This document shows positions 1 through 9,743 of a stretch of 64,000 nucleotides of DNA, in pieces. The first letter of the stretch is position 1; each line of letters opens with the position of its first letter. The stretch is from Clostridium butyricum. GTDB taxonomy: Bacteria; Bacillota; Clostridia; Clostridiales; Clostridiaceae. The translations under genes were made by a program, and so were the position numbers. The notes below the pieces were generated by a model. It ran no database searches. It saw only the letters and a program-made list of their open reading frames with translations, and was not told the DNA's origin. The DNA lies in contig SVCE01000014.1 in the NCBI GenBank assembly GCA_015058525.1, positions 2,573 through 66,572 of the forward strand. Direction: 5' to 3'.

Positions 1-982
1 TAATATTATATGTAAGTGATTTTATACCATCAATATTATGTGCTCCATCTATCACAATAAGAGGCTTTCTATTTAATACTTCAAGTCTGCCTTTCCACTT
101 AACATCTTCTAAAGACTTTTCAACTAATTCAATATTTAAATTTTCAGTCTGACCTTCAAAAATAACCTCTATTGTATTTAACACAACTGCAAGATTAAAC
201 ATTTGATGTGCTCCTAAAAGAGGCAATTTTACTTTATATTCATTTTTCATTGTGCTTACTTGTATTTCTTGATATATATTATCTTTATTTATATCCAATA
301 ATTTTACACTGCTTTTCTGCACAAGTCTTATTTTAGAATTCATTTCTTCTGCCTTTTTTACAATAACGTTTTGAACACTCTTTTCAGCAGGATAAACTAC
401 TACAGGCACTCCTTCTTTTATTATTCCAGCCTTCTGTTCTGCAATTTCTTCTATGGTATTACCTAAAATATTCATATGATCATAACTTATTGACGTTATT
501 ACACTTACTAAAGGTGTCAATACATTAGTAGAATCAAGAGTTCCTCCAAGTCCCACTTCAATAACTCCATAATCTACTTTTTCCCTATAAAAATATAAAA
601 ACATAATTACTGTTAAAATTTCAAATTCAGTAGGATGATCATATCCTTCTTCTATTACCTTTTCAACAGTTTCTTTAACTTCTATTAATAAAGATACAAA
701 TTTATCTTTAGGAATATTCTCTCCATTAATCTGTATTCTCTCTTCAAATTCTTCAATATATGGTGAAGTATACATTCCCACCTTATAGCCCATTCCATAT
801 AAAATTTTTGTTATCATTGCTGTAGTAGAACCTTTTCCATTTGTTCCTGCTACGTGAATTAACTTAAGATTTTCATGTGGATTTCCTAACAATTCCAAAA
901 GTCTAAATGTTCTCTTAAGTCCATAATTTGATCCAAACTTTCCAACACTGCTTATATACTTCATTGCTTCTTCATAAGTCAT
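1..982 (-). CDS. folC: Bifunctional folylpolyglutamate synthase/dihydrofolate synthase (3' end runs off window)
   Basis: Manual translation from ATG at 982 (SD AAGAGG): MTYEEAMKYISSVGKFGSNYGLKRT...IHVAGTNGKGST...GMYTSPY...EVGLGGTLDSTN; not in the ORF track because it is truncated. Confidence 0.95.
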   Translation of the reverse strand, partial: MTYEEAMKYISSVGKFGSNYGLKRTFRLLELLGNPHENLKLIHVAGTNGKGSTTAMITKILYGMGYKVGMYTSPYIEEFEERIQINGENIPKDKFVSLLIEVKETVEKVIEEGYDHPTEFEILTVIMFLYFYREKVDYGVIEVGLGGTLDSTNVLTPLVSVITSISYDHMNILGNTIEEIAEQKAGIIKEGVPVVVYPAEKSVQNVIVKKAEEMNSKIRLVQKSSVKLLDINKDNIYQEIQVSTMKNEYKVKLPLLGAHQMFNLAVVLNTIEVIFEGQTENLNIELVEKSLEDVKWKGRLEVLNRKPLIVIDGAHNIDGIKSLTYNI

Positions 983-1084
983 AATTTTTAACCTCTTTTT
1001 CATTATTTTTATTAAGTAAATTTTATCCTAATTAAGTTTTTACTTCAACTAAAACATAATATTTAAAATGTAAGCTTTTTAACA

Positions 1085-1129
1085 AAAAAAGAATCTAATT
1101 TTCAAACTAAGAAAATCAAACTCTTTTTT
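1085..1129 (-). terminator. Intrinsic terminator after terC-family gene
   Basis: Minus strand GAGTTTGATTTTC-loop-GAAAATTAGATTC followed by T-run. Confidence 0.65.
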
Positions 1130-1198
1130 ACTCAATTTCTATAAATTGATTACCTATTTCAAACATTTTATTAATCAAATTGTTTATTATGAATATTT

Positions 1199-2044
1199 TT
1201 ATTTATTAATCTTTTTCTTTCTTGCAAAAAACTCATCAAACAATAAGGATAATAAAACACTAATAAATAAAATTATCATTATTATTAATACAGAATTTGT
1301 AACAGAAATTTCTATGCCAAATAGTACTATAAATAGCTTTAATCCTGTAAACATAAGTATTACACCTACACCATATTTCATAAATCTAAACTTATCATTT
1401 AATTTTTCTAATATATAGTACATACTTCTCAATCCTAATATAGCAAAAATATTAGATGTATATACTATCATTGTATCTGTAGTTATAGAAAATATTGCTG
1501 GTATAGAGTCTATTGCAAATAGCACATCAGAAAATTCTATTACCACAAGCACTGCCAAAAGTGGTGTTGCATATATTTTCCTATTCTTTTTTACAAAAAA
1601 CTTATTTCCATGAAGCACTGTTGTTACTGGCATAACCTTTTCTAATGCTTTTACTGCAAAATTATTATGGAATTCAATTTTTTCATCTTTTTTAAATATC
1701 ATATTTAAACCACTATATAACAATATTATGCCAAATAGAGAAAGTATTGAATGAAATTTATTTACTATACTTACTCCAAGTAAAATAAATATAAGCCTTA
1801 AGCCCATTGCACCTAATACTCCGTATAATAGCACTCTTTCCTGATATTCTTCTCTTATACCAAAGCTTGAAAATATCATTAAGAATAGAAATAAGTTATC
1901 CAAGCTCAGGGACATTTCCACTATATATCCGCCAAAATATTCTACGGCTGATGTTTCTCCTTTCGTTATATAAATAAATATGTTAAAAATTATTGATAAT
2001 GATACCCAGAATATAAGATTAAACAAATACTTCTTTTCTTTCAA
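1199..2044 (-). CDS. TerC/Alx family membrane protein (metal homeostasis)
   Basis: Motifs GYIVEMSLSLDNLFLF and IEFSDVLFAIDSIPAIFSIT; TTG start with GGGGTG SD. Confidence 0.9.
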   Translation of the reverse strand: MKEKKYLFNLIFWVSLSIIFNIFIYITKGETSAVEYFGGYIVEMSLSLDNLFLFLMIFSSFGIREEYQERVLLYGVLGAMGLRLIFILLGVSIVNKFHSILSLFGIILLYSGLNMIFKKDEKIEFHNNFAVKALEKVMPVTTVLHGNKFFVKKNRKIYATPLLAVLVVIEFSDVLFAIDSIPAIFSITTDTMIVYTSNIFAILGLRSMYYILEKLNDKFRFMKYGVGVILMFTGLKLFIVLFGIEISVTNSVLIIMIILFISVLLSLLFDEFFARKKKINK

Positions 2045-2426
2045 ATAAACACCCCACTTTATTCATTTAACAATTAACAGTTAAAATAAAAAATCTATTT
2101 AGGTAATTTTTGTTTTATAGTTATTTTTCTATAGTATATAACTAGCTGCTATAAACATAACCTTTATTTCGTTTTACTCTTCTTTCTATATATATTATTA
2201 TGAATTGCCTATTATCCATCTTTTCACTATTTTTATATGCACTTTATAAGTATTACAATATACATAAGTACTTTATTACTAATTTATATCTTCCATAATA
2301 AATCATTTCTTTTCTAAAACATATATAAAACATAATCACTAATCTAATAAAAAATATGATATCTTATTTTTATATTTTATAAAAATCAAAGAATATAATT
2401 TAACAAATATATATGAGGTAATGATT

Positions 2427-2601
2427 ATGAGTAAAAACAAAACGTATAAAATAGAACAAAAAAAACAAATCAAAAAGCCAAGTCATAAAAGGCGGATATG
2501 TTTCATCTTTAGCTGGAGTATCTCAAACAGATAGAGCAGAATTATTTAAAGAACAAAGAAGATGTTCTGGAATATTTGAAAATCAAAAAAATCTATACTA
2601 A
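2427..2601 (+). pseudogene. Small basic protein ORF (~57 aa) apparently frameshifted in A-runs
   Basis: SD GAGGT, ATG 2427 reads MSKNKTYK... to TAG 2534; the +1 frame (open 2455-2601) reads SQVIKGGYVSSLAGVSQTDRAELFKEQRRCSGIFENQKNLY* and stops just before a terminator. Confidence 0.55.
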
Positions 2602-2606
2602 AACCA

Positions 2607-2655
2607 AAGCACAAGAAAGTTAATTATCAAAATGATAGTTACCATTCTTGTGCTT
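2607..2655. terminator. Bidirectional terminator between the small ORF and the ABC pair
   Basis: AAGCACAAGAA...TTCTTGTGCTT inverted repeat with inner pairing. Confidence 0.75.
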
Positions 2656-2689
2656 CTATATTATCTAATATTAATTAACAGTTAAATCA

Positions 2690-4609
2690 TCAATTTTTTT
2701 TGCTATCTATTGCTACTTCATTTTGATTATCAGCATAATACTGTGCCTGAGCATTCCACATCTTTGCGTACAAACCATCTTCTGCTTTTACAAGCTCTTC
2801 ATGACTTCCACGTTGGACTACATTTCCATCATTAAATACTGCAATATCATCACAAAATCTGCATGAAGACAATCTATGAGAAATATATATTGCTGTCTTA
2901 TTTCCTATCATTTTGTTAAATCCTGAATATACTTCATACTCAGCTATTGGATCTAATGCTGCTGTAGGCTCATCCATTATTATAAAAGGTCTGTCCTGAT
3001 ATATTGCTCTTGCAATCTCCATTCTCTGAGCCTCTCCCCCTGATATCTCTACTCCGTCTCTGTCAAAATTCTTATAAACATAAGTATTAATTCCCTGAGG
3101 CAATTTTTCAAGTAACTTGCTTAACCCTGCCATTACTAATGACTTTTTAACACGTTCTTCATCTACCTCTTCTGCTGCTGCAATATTATTTCCTACTGAA
3201 AATGAGTAAATCTTAGAATCCTGGAACACTACAGAAAATTGCTTTAAATATTCATCATAATCATAATCATTTATATTAACACCATTTAATAAAATTTCTC
3301 CCTTTGTAGGTTTATATAACTTACATAAAAGCTTTATAAATGTGCTCTTTCCAGAACCATTTCTTCCTACAACAGCCATACGTCCATTTATATCAAAAGT
3401 CATATTTAAATCTTTTATAACATAATCCTTTGTACCTGGATATTTAAAGGACACATGACGAAATTCAAATACAAACTTCTTTTTATCTTCTTCCTTTATC
3501 TTCACTGTTCCATTATGCTCTGCTGTATTTAGATTAAGTAAATAAATCATTTCTTCCATATATAAATTATTAAAACGCATTGCTGATAAGTTAGTTAAAA
3601 ACTCAGCAAATGCATTTATAAACTGCATTATACATCCAGCATAGCTTACTACATTACCAATTGTTATAGCACCTACTATTGAACGTAAACCAACAAATAA
3701 ATATACTAAACCTCCTGTAAGTGTTGATATTGGTTGATTAATAAGTTCAAAATGCCATTTTAATTTTTCCATACTCTTACCATAATCTTTTGAATTATTT
3801 AATAAGTTATCATTTTCTTTTGAAATTATATTTTTCATATTAAATATTCTTACATCTTTACCTTTTTCATATCCATCTAAAAAGTTGTTAAAATAGTAAA
3901 AGAATTTTCTATCCATACTCATCATGTTTTCCTGCAATTTAACTGAAGTATCTTGAGTTTTCTTAGTTGCACGAATTGATATGCACATTCCAACCCCAAT
4001 TAAAATAACAAGCCCAACTGAAAAGAAATGAGAGTTAATAAATTTTTCTAATGATGTAGATGATTGTCCTGTTTTTAAAAATAATGGAATAACTACAAAA
4101 ACAGAAGCAATAATAGCAAAAGCATCTTTAACCACAATACGAAGTGCATTAAACATTGTATAATAAACACCACCAAAAGCTTGGCTATATTCCATTTGTT
4201 TTCTCACAAGATTTTGAGTTTCTTCATCTTCTATATATTCATAATCTATATTCATCATCTTATCACTTAGCAAAGCACTTTGATAATAATAAAGATTCCT
4301 AAGTTTTGTCCATACTTCTTTACCAAAATAACAACCCAGTAATTCAAATACCAACCTAATAGATATACCAATAATAGCATATGTTATCATAGTATAAAAA
4401 TCTTTACCTTCATACAAAGAATCAAGTAACAAACCAGATAATAAAATCAAAATATATGGCTTTAATGCTTCTAATATGCTATCTACCAAAAGTGCTGGCA
4501 CCAAAACTTTATCAATTCTATTATACAATTTTAATCCTTTTATAATAATTTTAAAGTCTTTTATAAATCCATTTTTCCCGTTTTTCTTAAACCCAACAGA
4601 ATTAGACAT
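2690..4609 (-). CDS. ABC exporter, fused permease/ATP-binding subunit
   Basis: TM region plus Walker A GRNGSGKST, signature ISGGE, Walker B IIMDE, H-loop ISHR; start taken at ATG 4609 (ORF track starts 4621). Confidence 0.9.
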   Translation of the reverse strand: MSNSVGFKKNGKNGFIKDFKIIIKGLKLYNRIDKVLVPALLVDSILEALKPYILILLSGLLLDSLYEGKDFYTMITYAIIGISIRLVFELLGCYFGKEVWTKLRNLYYYQSALLSDKMMNIDYEYIEDEETQNLVRKQMEYSQAFGGVYYTMFNALRIVVKDAFAIIASVFVVIPLFLKTGQSSTSLEKFINSHFFSVGLVILIGVGMCISIRATKKTQDTSVKLQENMMSMDRKFFYYFNNFLDGYEKGKDVRIFNMKNIISKENDNLLNNSKDYGKSMEKLKWHFELINQPISTLTGGLVYLFVGLRSIVGAITIGNVVSYAGCIMQFINAFAEFLTNLSAMRFNNLYMEEMIYLLNLNTAEHNGTVKIKEEDKKKFVFEFRHVSFKYPGTKDYVIKDLNMTFDINGRMAVVGRNGSGKSTFIKLLCKLYKPTKGEILLNGVNINDYDYDEYLKQFSVVFQDSKIYSFSVGNNIAAAEEVDEERVKKSLVMAGLSKLLEKLPQGINTYVYKNFDRDGVEISGGEAQRMEIARAIYQDRPFIIMDEPTAALDPIAEYEVYSGFNKMIGNKTAIYISHRLSSCRFCDDIAVFNDGNVVQRGSHEELVKAEDGLYAKMWNAQAQYYADNQNEVAIDSKKN

Positions 4610-6530
4610 ATGCTTCTCCACCTTCTCTCATATCTATTTTCTTTTTATAATAACGACTTTGAATATCATACATATGAGCATAACGTCCTTTTAAATCCAT
4701 CAAGCTGTCATGAGTGCCTTCTTCTGCTATATTTCCATTTTCAAGCAAAATAATTCTGTCACAGAAACGAGTACTTGAAAGTCTATGTGAAATAAATAAA
4801 GACATCATTCCTTTTGTCAAACTATTATATTTTAAATATATTTCATTTTCTGCTATTGGATCTAATGCTGCAGTTGGTTCGTCTAGAACTATTATTTGAG
4901 ACTGCTTGTATAAAGCTCTAGCTAAAAGAAGCTTTTGCTTTTCTCCTCCTGAAAGATCAATAGCCTTAGAAGATAATTCACGTACTAGGAATGTATCTTT
5001 TCCATCTTTAAGCTTTTCTATTTTTTCATTTAATCCAGAAAGCTTAAGACATAAGTTTACTCTTTGCATATCTGTATTTTCTTTAGGCTGTGACGAAATA
5101 TTTTCTGCAATAGATACTGGTAGAATCTGTGCATCCTGAAATACTGCTGATATCATTGAATAATATTCTTCTCTTTCATATTCACGAATTGATTTTCCAT
5201 TTACAAGTATTTCTCCTTCTGTAGGCTCATAAAATCCACACAATAGTTTAACAAGTGTAGTCTTACCAGCACCATTCAAACCAACTAAAGCAATCTTTTC
5301 ACCACTATTAATATTAAGATTAAGATGTGAAATTGTAGGTTTTTCCTTTTCATTATAGTAGAAAGAAACATCTTTAAATTCTATTGATTTTACTATCTCA
5401 TTATTTTTTGATATAGCATGATCTTTTTTGTCGCTTGCATTCCACTTATTTTCTACATCAAAGCACTTTCTTATAGCAAAGAAAGCATAACTACCTCTTA
5501 CAAGATACTGAATTTCATCAATTCCTCTTGAAATCCAAACATTAAACCCTGCAACAAGACTTGTATACAATATAAAATCAGATACTGTTAACCTTTTATT
5601 GGCTATTTCATAAATCAAATAAATATATGCTGCTGAATCCCTTATAAATACCATTACTGCATTTATTCCACATGCAATACCATATCGTGCTTGAATCTTA
5701 TTTATATATGCTTCACTTATCTTTAAGAAAGTTCTGTACATTTTCCTAAACCAGCTTTGCATATTATAAAGTCTTATGTCTTTGCCAACTGCAAAATCCA
5801 TAGCCTGATTATTAATGTATCCCATTTTTCTTCTTTCTTTAACATTTTTAGACCACATTGTATTTTCAAAGGCAATTGCATCCTCATGAAGTTTTACCCA
5901 AATAAAAACTGAAACAACTATGAATATCATAAGTATTGTGCTTTGCTTTGCAAGTGCTATTCCATATGCTAAGCTTCCCAAAATACACGCTGTTAATACT
6001 CCAATACTACTTATGCATCTCTCAATAGGTTCAGACCATTCTGCTATCCAGTGAAATGCATATTTTTGTTTATTTTGAAAGTCTTGAGATTCTAAAATAT
6101 CATAGTCTACATCCATTTTTTTATCACATAATAACTGTAAATATCTAAATCTATAATTATCTTTTTCAGATTGAAGTATTGCTTGCATTTTAGCATTAAT
6201 AAGATTAAATATAAGCATTATTGTCATAAGTCCTCCAACATAAAGTATGAACTTATTAACATCCCATCTTTGCTCGAGACCTTTTACAACCATAGTTGGA
6301 AGAATAATGCCAAATACAGGAATAAGTGTATCTGGTATAATTCTAAAAATTCCGATAAAAAATAATTTAGGAGTCCAATTATATAAATTCCTATAATGAT
6401 ATTTTAAACTGCTTACTAGGTCTTTAAATGTTGCTCCATCTGCTTGATCACGTTGTTTTCCTAGAATACGTTTCTTTATCTCATATAACTTTTGCTTAAT
6501 AAAATTATTATTCTCTTTTTTCTTTTTCAT
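4602..6530 (-). CDS. ABC exporter, fused permease/ATP-binding subunit (partner of downstream gene)
   Basis: GLNGAGKTT, LSGGEKQ, IVLDE, ISHR; ATG 6530 with SD GAGGTG; overlaps next gene by 8 nt. Confidence 0.9.
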   Translation of the reverse strand: MKKKKENNNFIKQKLYEIKKRILGKQRDQADGATFKDLVSSLKYHYRNLYNWTPKLFFIGIFRIIPDTLIPVFGIILPTMVVKGLEQRWDVNKFILYVGGLMTIMLIFNLINAKMQAILQSEKDNYRFRYLQLLCDKKMDVDYDILESQDFQNKQKYAFHWIAEWSEPIERCISSIGVLTACILGSLAYGIALAKQSTILMIFIVVSVFIWVKLHEDAIAFENTMWSKNVKERRKMGYINNQAMDFAVGKDIRLYNMQSWFRKMYRTFLKISEAYINKIQARYGIACGINAVMVFIRDSAAYIYLIYEIANKRLTVSDFILYTSLVAGFNVWISRGIDEIQYLVRGSYAFFAIRKCFDVENKWNASDKKDHAISKNNEIVKSIEFKDVSFYYNEKEKPTISHLNLNINSGEKIALVGLNGAGKTTLVKLLCGFYEPTEGEILVNGKSIREYEREEYYSMISAVFQDAQILPVSIAENISSQPKENTDMQRVNLCLKLSGLNEKIEKLKDGKDTFLVRELSSKAIDLSGGEKQKLLLARALYKQSQIIVLDEPTAALDPIAENEIYLKYNSLTKGMMSLFISHRLSSTRFCDRIILLENGNIAEEGTHDSLMDLKGRYAHMYDIQSRYYKKKIDMREGGEAYV

Positions 6531-6662
6531 AAAAATCTCACCTCTCAAACTGCAACTTTTTCCGTCCACTACAAACGTTTACTTAAATCCGAAAATTCCA
6601 CACCAATAATAGCACATTATTACTTTTTTTTACAATATAAAGAATTTTTATACAAAAAAATC

Positions 6663-6709
6663 TCCTTTATATAATCTACGGATATGAACAATCCCAACTA
6701 TATAAAGGA
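6663..6709 (-). terminator. valS terminator
   Basis: TCCTTTATATA...TATATAAAGGA inverted repeat with T-run on the minus strand. Confidence 0.7.
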
Positions 6710-6733
6710 AATTAAATTATTTTCTATTTATTT

Positions 6734-9376
6734 TTAGTTTAAAGCATTAATTCTTATTTTTACTGCTTCAAGCATTTCAACGTATTTAACTCTTTTTTCT
6801 TTTTCCGCATTAACTACAGCTTCTGGAGCTTTAGCTACGAAACCTTGATTTCCAAGCTTCTTATCGATTCTTTCGATTTCTCCTTCAAGCTTCTTAACTT
6901 CTTTATTTAATCTTTCAAGTTCCTTATCCTTATCAACTAAGTCTAATAGTGGCATGAATAATTCTCCACCCTTAACTACTAATGATACTGCATTTGCAGG
7001 AACTACAGATTTGTCTTCAATAAATTCAACTTCTGAAGCTGAAGCAAGTTTTTCAATATAAGAAACACCGTTTGTAAATGCTTCTTTAGTATCTGAACTA
7101 ATGTAAGCTATAACTTTAGCTTTTCTTGATGGTGGTACATTCATTTCAGCTCTTACATTTCTTAATCCTTTGATTGCTTCAATAACGTATGCCATATCTT
7201 CTTCTGCTTTTGTATCAACTAAAGCTTCATCAAATTCTGGCCATGCTGCATTTACTATTGTTTCTTCATCAGTTAAGTGAGTGAAGATTTCTTCTGTAAT
7301 AAATGGCATTGCTGGGTGTAATAATTTAAGTCCTGTAACAAGTACAGTATTTAAAACATTATAAACTACTCCCTTAGCTTTTTCATCTTCACCATAGAAT
7401 ACTGGTTTGATTAATTCTATATACCAGTCACAGAATTCTGTCCACATGAAGTCATAAACCTTAGACATTGCAATTCCAAGTTCATATTTTTCCATGTTTT
7501 CAGTAACTTCTTTAACTAATGTATTCATTTCTGATAATATCCACTTATCAGCTAATGAATATTCTTTACAGTCTTTATATTTATTCATTATGTCCTTATC
7601 AAGGTTCATCATAACGAATCTTGAAGCATTCCAAATCTTATTAGCAAAATTTCTTGAAGCTTCAACTCTTTCTGGGTAGTATCTCATATCATTTCCTGGA
7701 GCATTACCAGTAGCTATCATAAATCTTAATGCATCTGCACCATATTGATCTATAACTTCAAGTGGATCTACCCCATTTCCTAAAGACTTACTCATCTTTC
7801 TACCTTGACTGTCTCTTATTAATCCATGAATTAATACAGTATGGAATGGAGTTTCTCCCATACAGTGTAAGCCTGAGAATATCATTCTAGCAACCCAGAA
7901 GAAAATTATATCATGCCCTGTAACTAAAACACTGTTTGGATAAAAATAATCTAAATCTTCTGTCTTGTTTGGCCAACCAAGTGTTGAAAAAGGCCATAGT
8001 GCAGAAGAAAACCATGTATCAAGTACATCTGGATCTTGTTCTATATGAGTACTTCCACATTTAGTACATTTTGTTGGAGCTTCTTCAAGTACCATCATTT
8101 CACCACAATCTTGGCAATAGTAAACTGGTATTCTGTGTCCCCACCATAATTGTCTTGAAATACACCAGTCTTGTATATTTTCCATCCAGTTGAAGTATGT
8201 CTTATCAAATCTTTCTGGAACAAATTTAGTCTTTCCATTTCTAACTACTTCTATAGCTGGTTTTGCTAATTTATCCATTTTAACATACCATTGTTTTGAT
8301 ATAATTGGTTCTACAGTAGTTCCACATCTATCATGAGTACCTACATTATGAACATGTTCTTTAACCTTAACTAATAATCCTGCTTCCTCTAAATCCTTAA
8401 CTATAGCTTTTCTAGCTTCATATCTATCTAATCCTTGATACTTTCCACCATTTTCATTAATTATACCCTTATCATCCATAACTCTAATTATTTCAAGGTT
8501 GTGTCTCTTACCAACTTCAAAGTCATTAGGATCATGAGCTGGAGTCATCTTAACTGCACCAGTACCAAATTCTAAGTCAACATACTCATCACCAACTATT
8601 GGAATTTCTCTGCCTACTAATGGTAATATTACAGTTTTACCTATAAGATGTTTGTACCTTTCATCATTAGGATTAACTGCTACACCACTATCTCCAAGTA
8701 ATGTTTCAGGTCTAGTTGTTGCAATTTCTAAATATCCACTTCCATCAGCTAATGGATAATTAATATGCCAAAAATGTCCTGTTTGTTCTTCATATTCAAT
8801 TTCTGCATCAGATAAAGCAGTTTGACAATGTGTACACCAATTAGTTATTCTACTTCCTTGATATATTAATCCTTCATTGTATAACTTAACAAATACATGC
8901 TTTACTGCTGCACTTAAGTTTTCATCCATAGTAAATGCTTCTCTTGTAAAGTCAGCAGATACTCCAAGCTTCTTAACTTGATTTCTTATAGTAGCTCTGT
9001 ACTTATCACTCCACTCATATACTTTTTCAAGGAATGCTTCTCTACCCATTTTTTTCTTATCGTAACCTTCATCTGCAAGCTTGTTAGCAACTTTAACTTC
9101 TGTTGCAATTGAAGCATGATCTTCACCTGGAAGCCACAATGTACAATAACCTTGCATTCTCTTAAATCTTATAAGCATATCTTGTAAAGTATCATCAAAT
9201 GCATGACCTAAGTGAAGCTGTCCTGTTATATTTGGAGGTGGCATCACAATAGTAAATGGTTTTTTACTTCTATCTACTTTTGGTGTAAAATAGCCTTTTT
9301 CCTCCCAATGTTTATATATTCTGTCTTCAAATTCTTTTGGATCATATGTAGTTGAAATATTTTTTGTTTCTGACAT
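6734..9376 (-). CDS. valS: Valine--tRNA ligase
   Basis: [13 protein letters not shown] (HIGH), [21 protein letters not shown]-terminal coiled coil. Confidence 0.99.
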   Translation of the reverse strand: MSETKNISTTYDPKEFEDRIYKHWEEKGYFTPKVDRSKKPFTIVMPPPNITGQLHLGHAFDDTLQDMLIRFKRMQGYCTLWLPGEDHASIATEVKVANKLADEGYDKKKMGREAFLEKVYEWSDKYRATIRNQVKKLGVSADFTREAFTMDENLSAAVKHVFVKLYNEGLIYQGSRITNWCTHCQTALSDAEIEYEEQTGHFWHINYPLADGSGYLEIATTRPETLLGDSGVAVNPNDERYKHLIGKTVILPLVGREIPIVGDEYVDLEFGTGAVKMTPAHDPNDFEVGKRHNLEIIRVMDDKGIINENGGKYQGLDRYEARKAIVKDLEEAGLLVKVKEHVHNVGTHDRCGTTVEPIISKQWYVKMDKLAKPAIEVVRNGKTKFVPERFDKTYFNWMENIQDWCISRQLWWGHRIPVYYCQDCGEMMVLEEAPTKCTKCGSTHIEQDPDVLDTWFSSALWPFSTLGWPNKTEDLDYFYPNSVLVTGHDIIFFWVARMIFSGLHCMGETPFHTVLIHGLIRDSQGRKMSKSLGNGVDPLEVIDQYGADALRFMIATGNAPGNDMRYYPERVEASRNFANKIWNASRFVMMNLDKDIMNKYKDCKEYSLADKWILSEMNTLVKEVTENMEKYELGIAMSKVYDFMWTEFCDWYIELIKPVFYGEDEKAKGVVYNVLNTVLVTGLKLLHPAMPFITEEIFTHLTDEETIVNAAWPEFDEALVDTKAEEDMAYVIEAIKGLRNVRAEMNVPPSRKAKVIAYISSDTKEAFTNGVSYIEKLASASEVEFIEDKSVVPANAVSLVVKGGELFMPLLDLVDKDKELERLNKEVKKLEGEIERIDKKLGNQGFVAKAPEAVVNAEKEKRVKYVEMLEAVKIRINALN

Positions 9377-9391
9377 TTTTTCTCCTCCTAT

Positions 9392-9690
9392 AAAATAAAA
9401 GAGCCTTCATCCTTAAAAGGACGAAGACTCGCGTTACCACCTTTATTTCCACATAGCATACATAAAATGCTTTAATGGACTCTTAATTCAAATAACGGTT
9501 TAGAAAAACCGTCTTTAGCTACTAAAATTTCACTAAAGAAACTCAAAAGCTACCTTCAGAACCTTCCATATAAGGGTTTTCAGCTACTCCCTCTCTCTTT
9601 TCACATTTTAAATAACTTTCATTTAAAACTGCTCATGTACCATAGAGCATTAATACTTTCAGTTCTTACTCCTCTTTATCAATGTCTTTA
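9392..9690 (-). promoter_or_regulatory. T-box riboswitch (Val specifier) in valS leader
   Basis: T-box AATAAAGGTGGTAACGCG (9447-9430), terminator hairpin plus U-tract, AGTA/AGAGA/GCTGAAA stem I motifs, specifier GAAG-GTA (Val) at 9553-9551. Confidence 0.95.
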
Positions 9691-9707
9691 AAATATTAAT
9701 TTATTTC

Positions 9708-9736
9708 ATGATATATTAGTAATTTTATTTTGTCAA
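9708..9736 (-). promoter_or_regulatory. SigA promoter of valS leader
   Basis: TTGACA-17 nt-TATCAT. Confidence 0.8.
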
Positions 9737-9743
9737 TATTAAT

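Noticed and set aside
2045..2400. yybP-ykoY (Mn) riboswitch expected upstream of TerC/Alx
   Set aside because: No recognisable conserved core; region is nearly pure AT
6570..6585. cre/LacI-like site ACAAACGTTTAC upstream of the ABC pair
   Set aside because: About three mismatches to the cre consensus; plausible by chance
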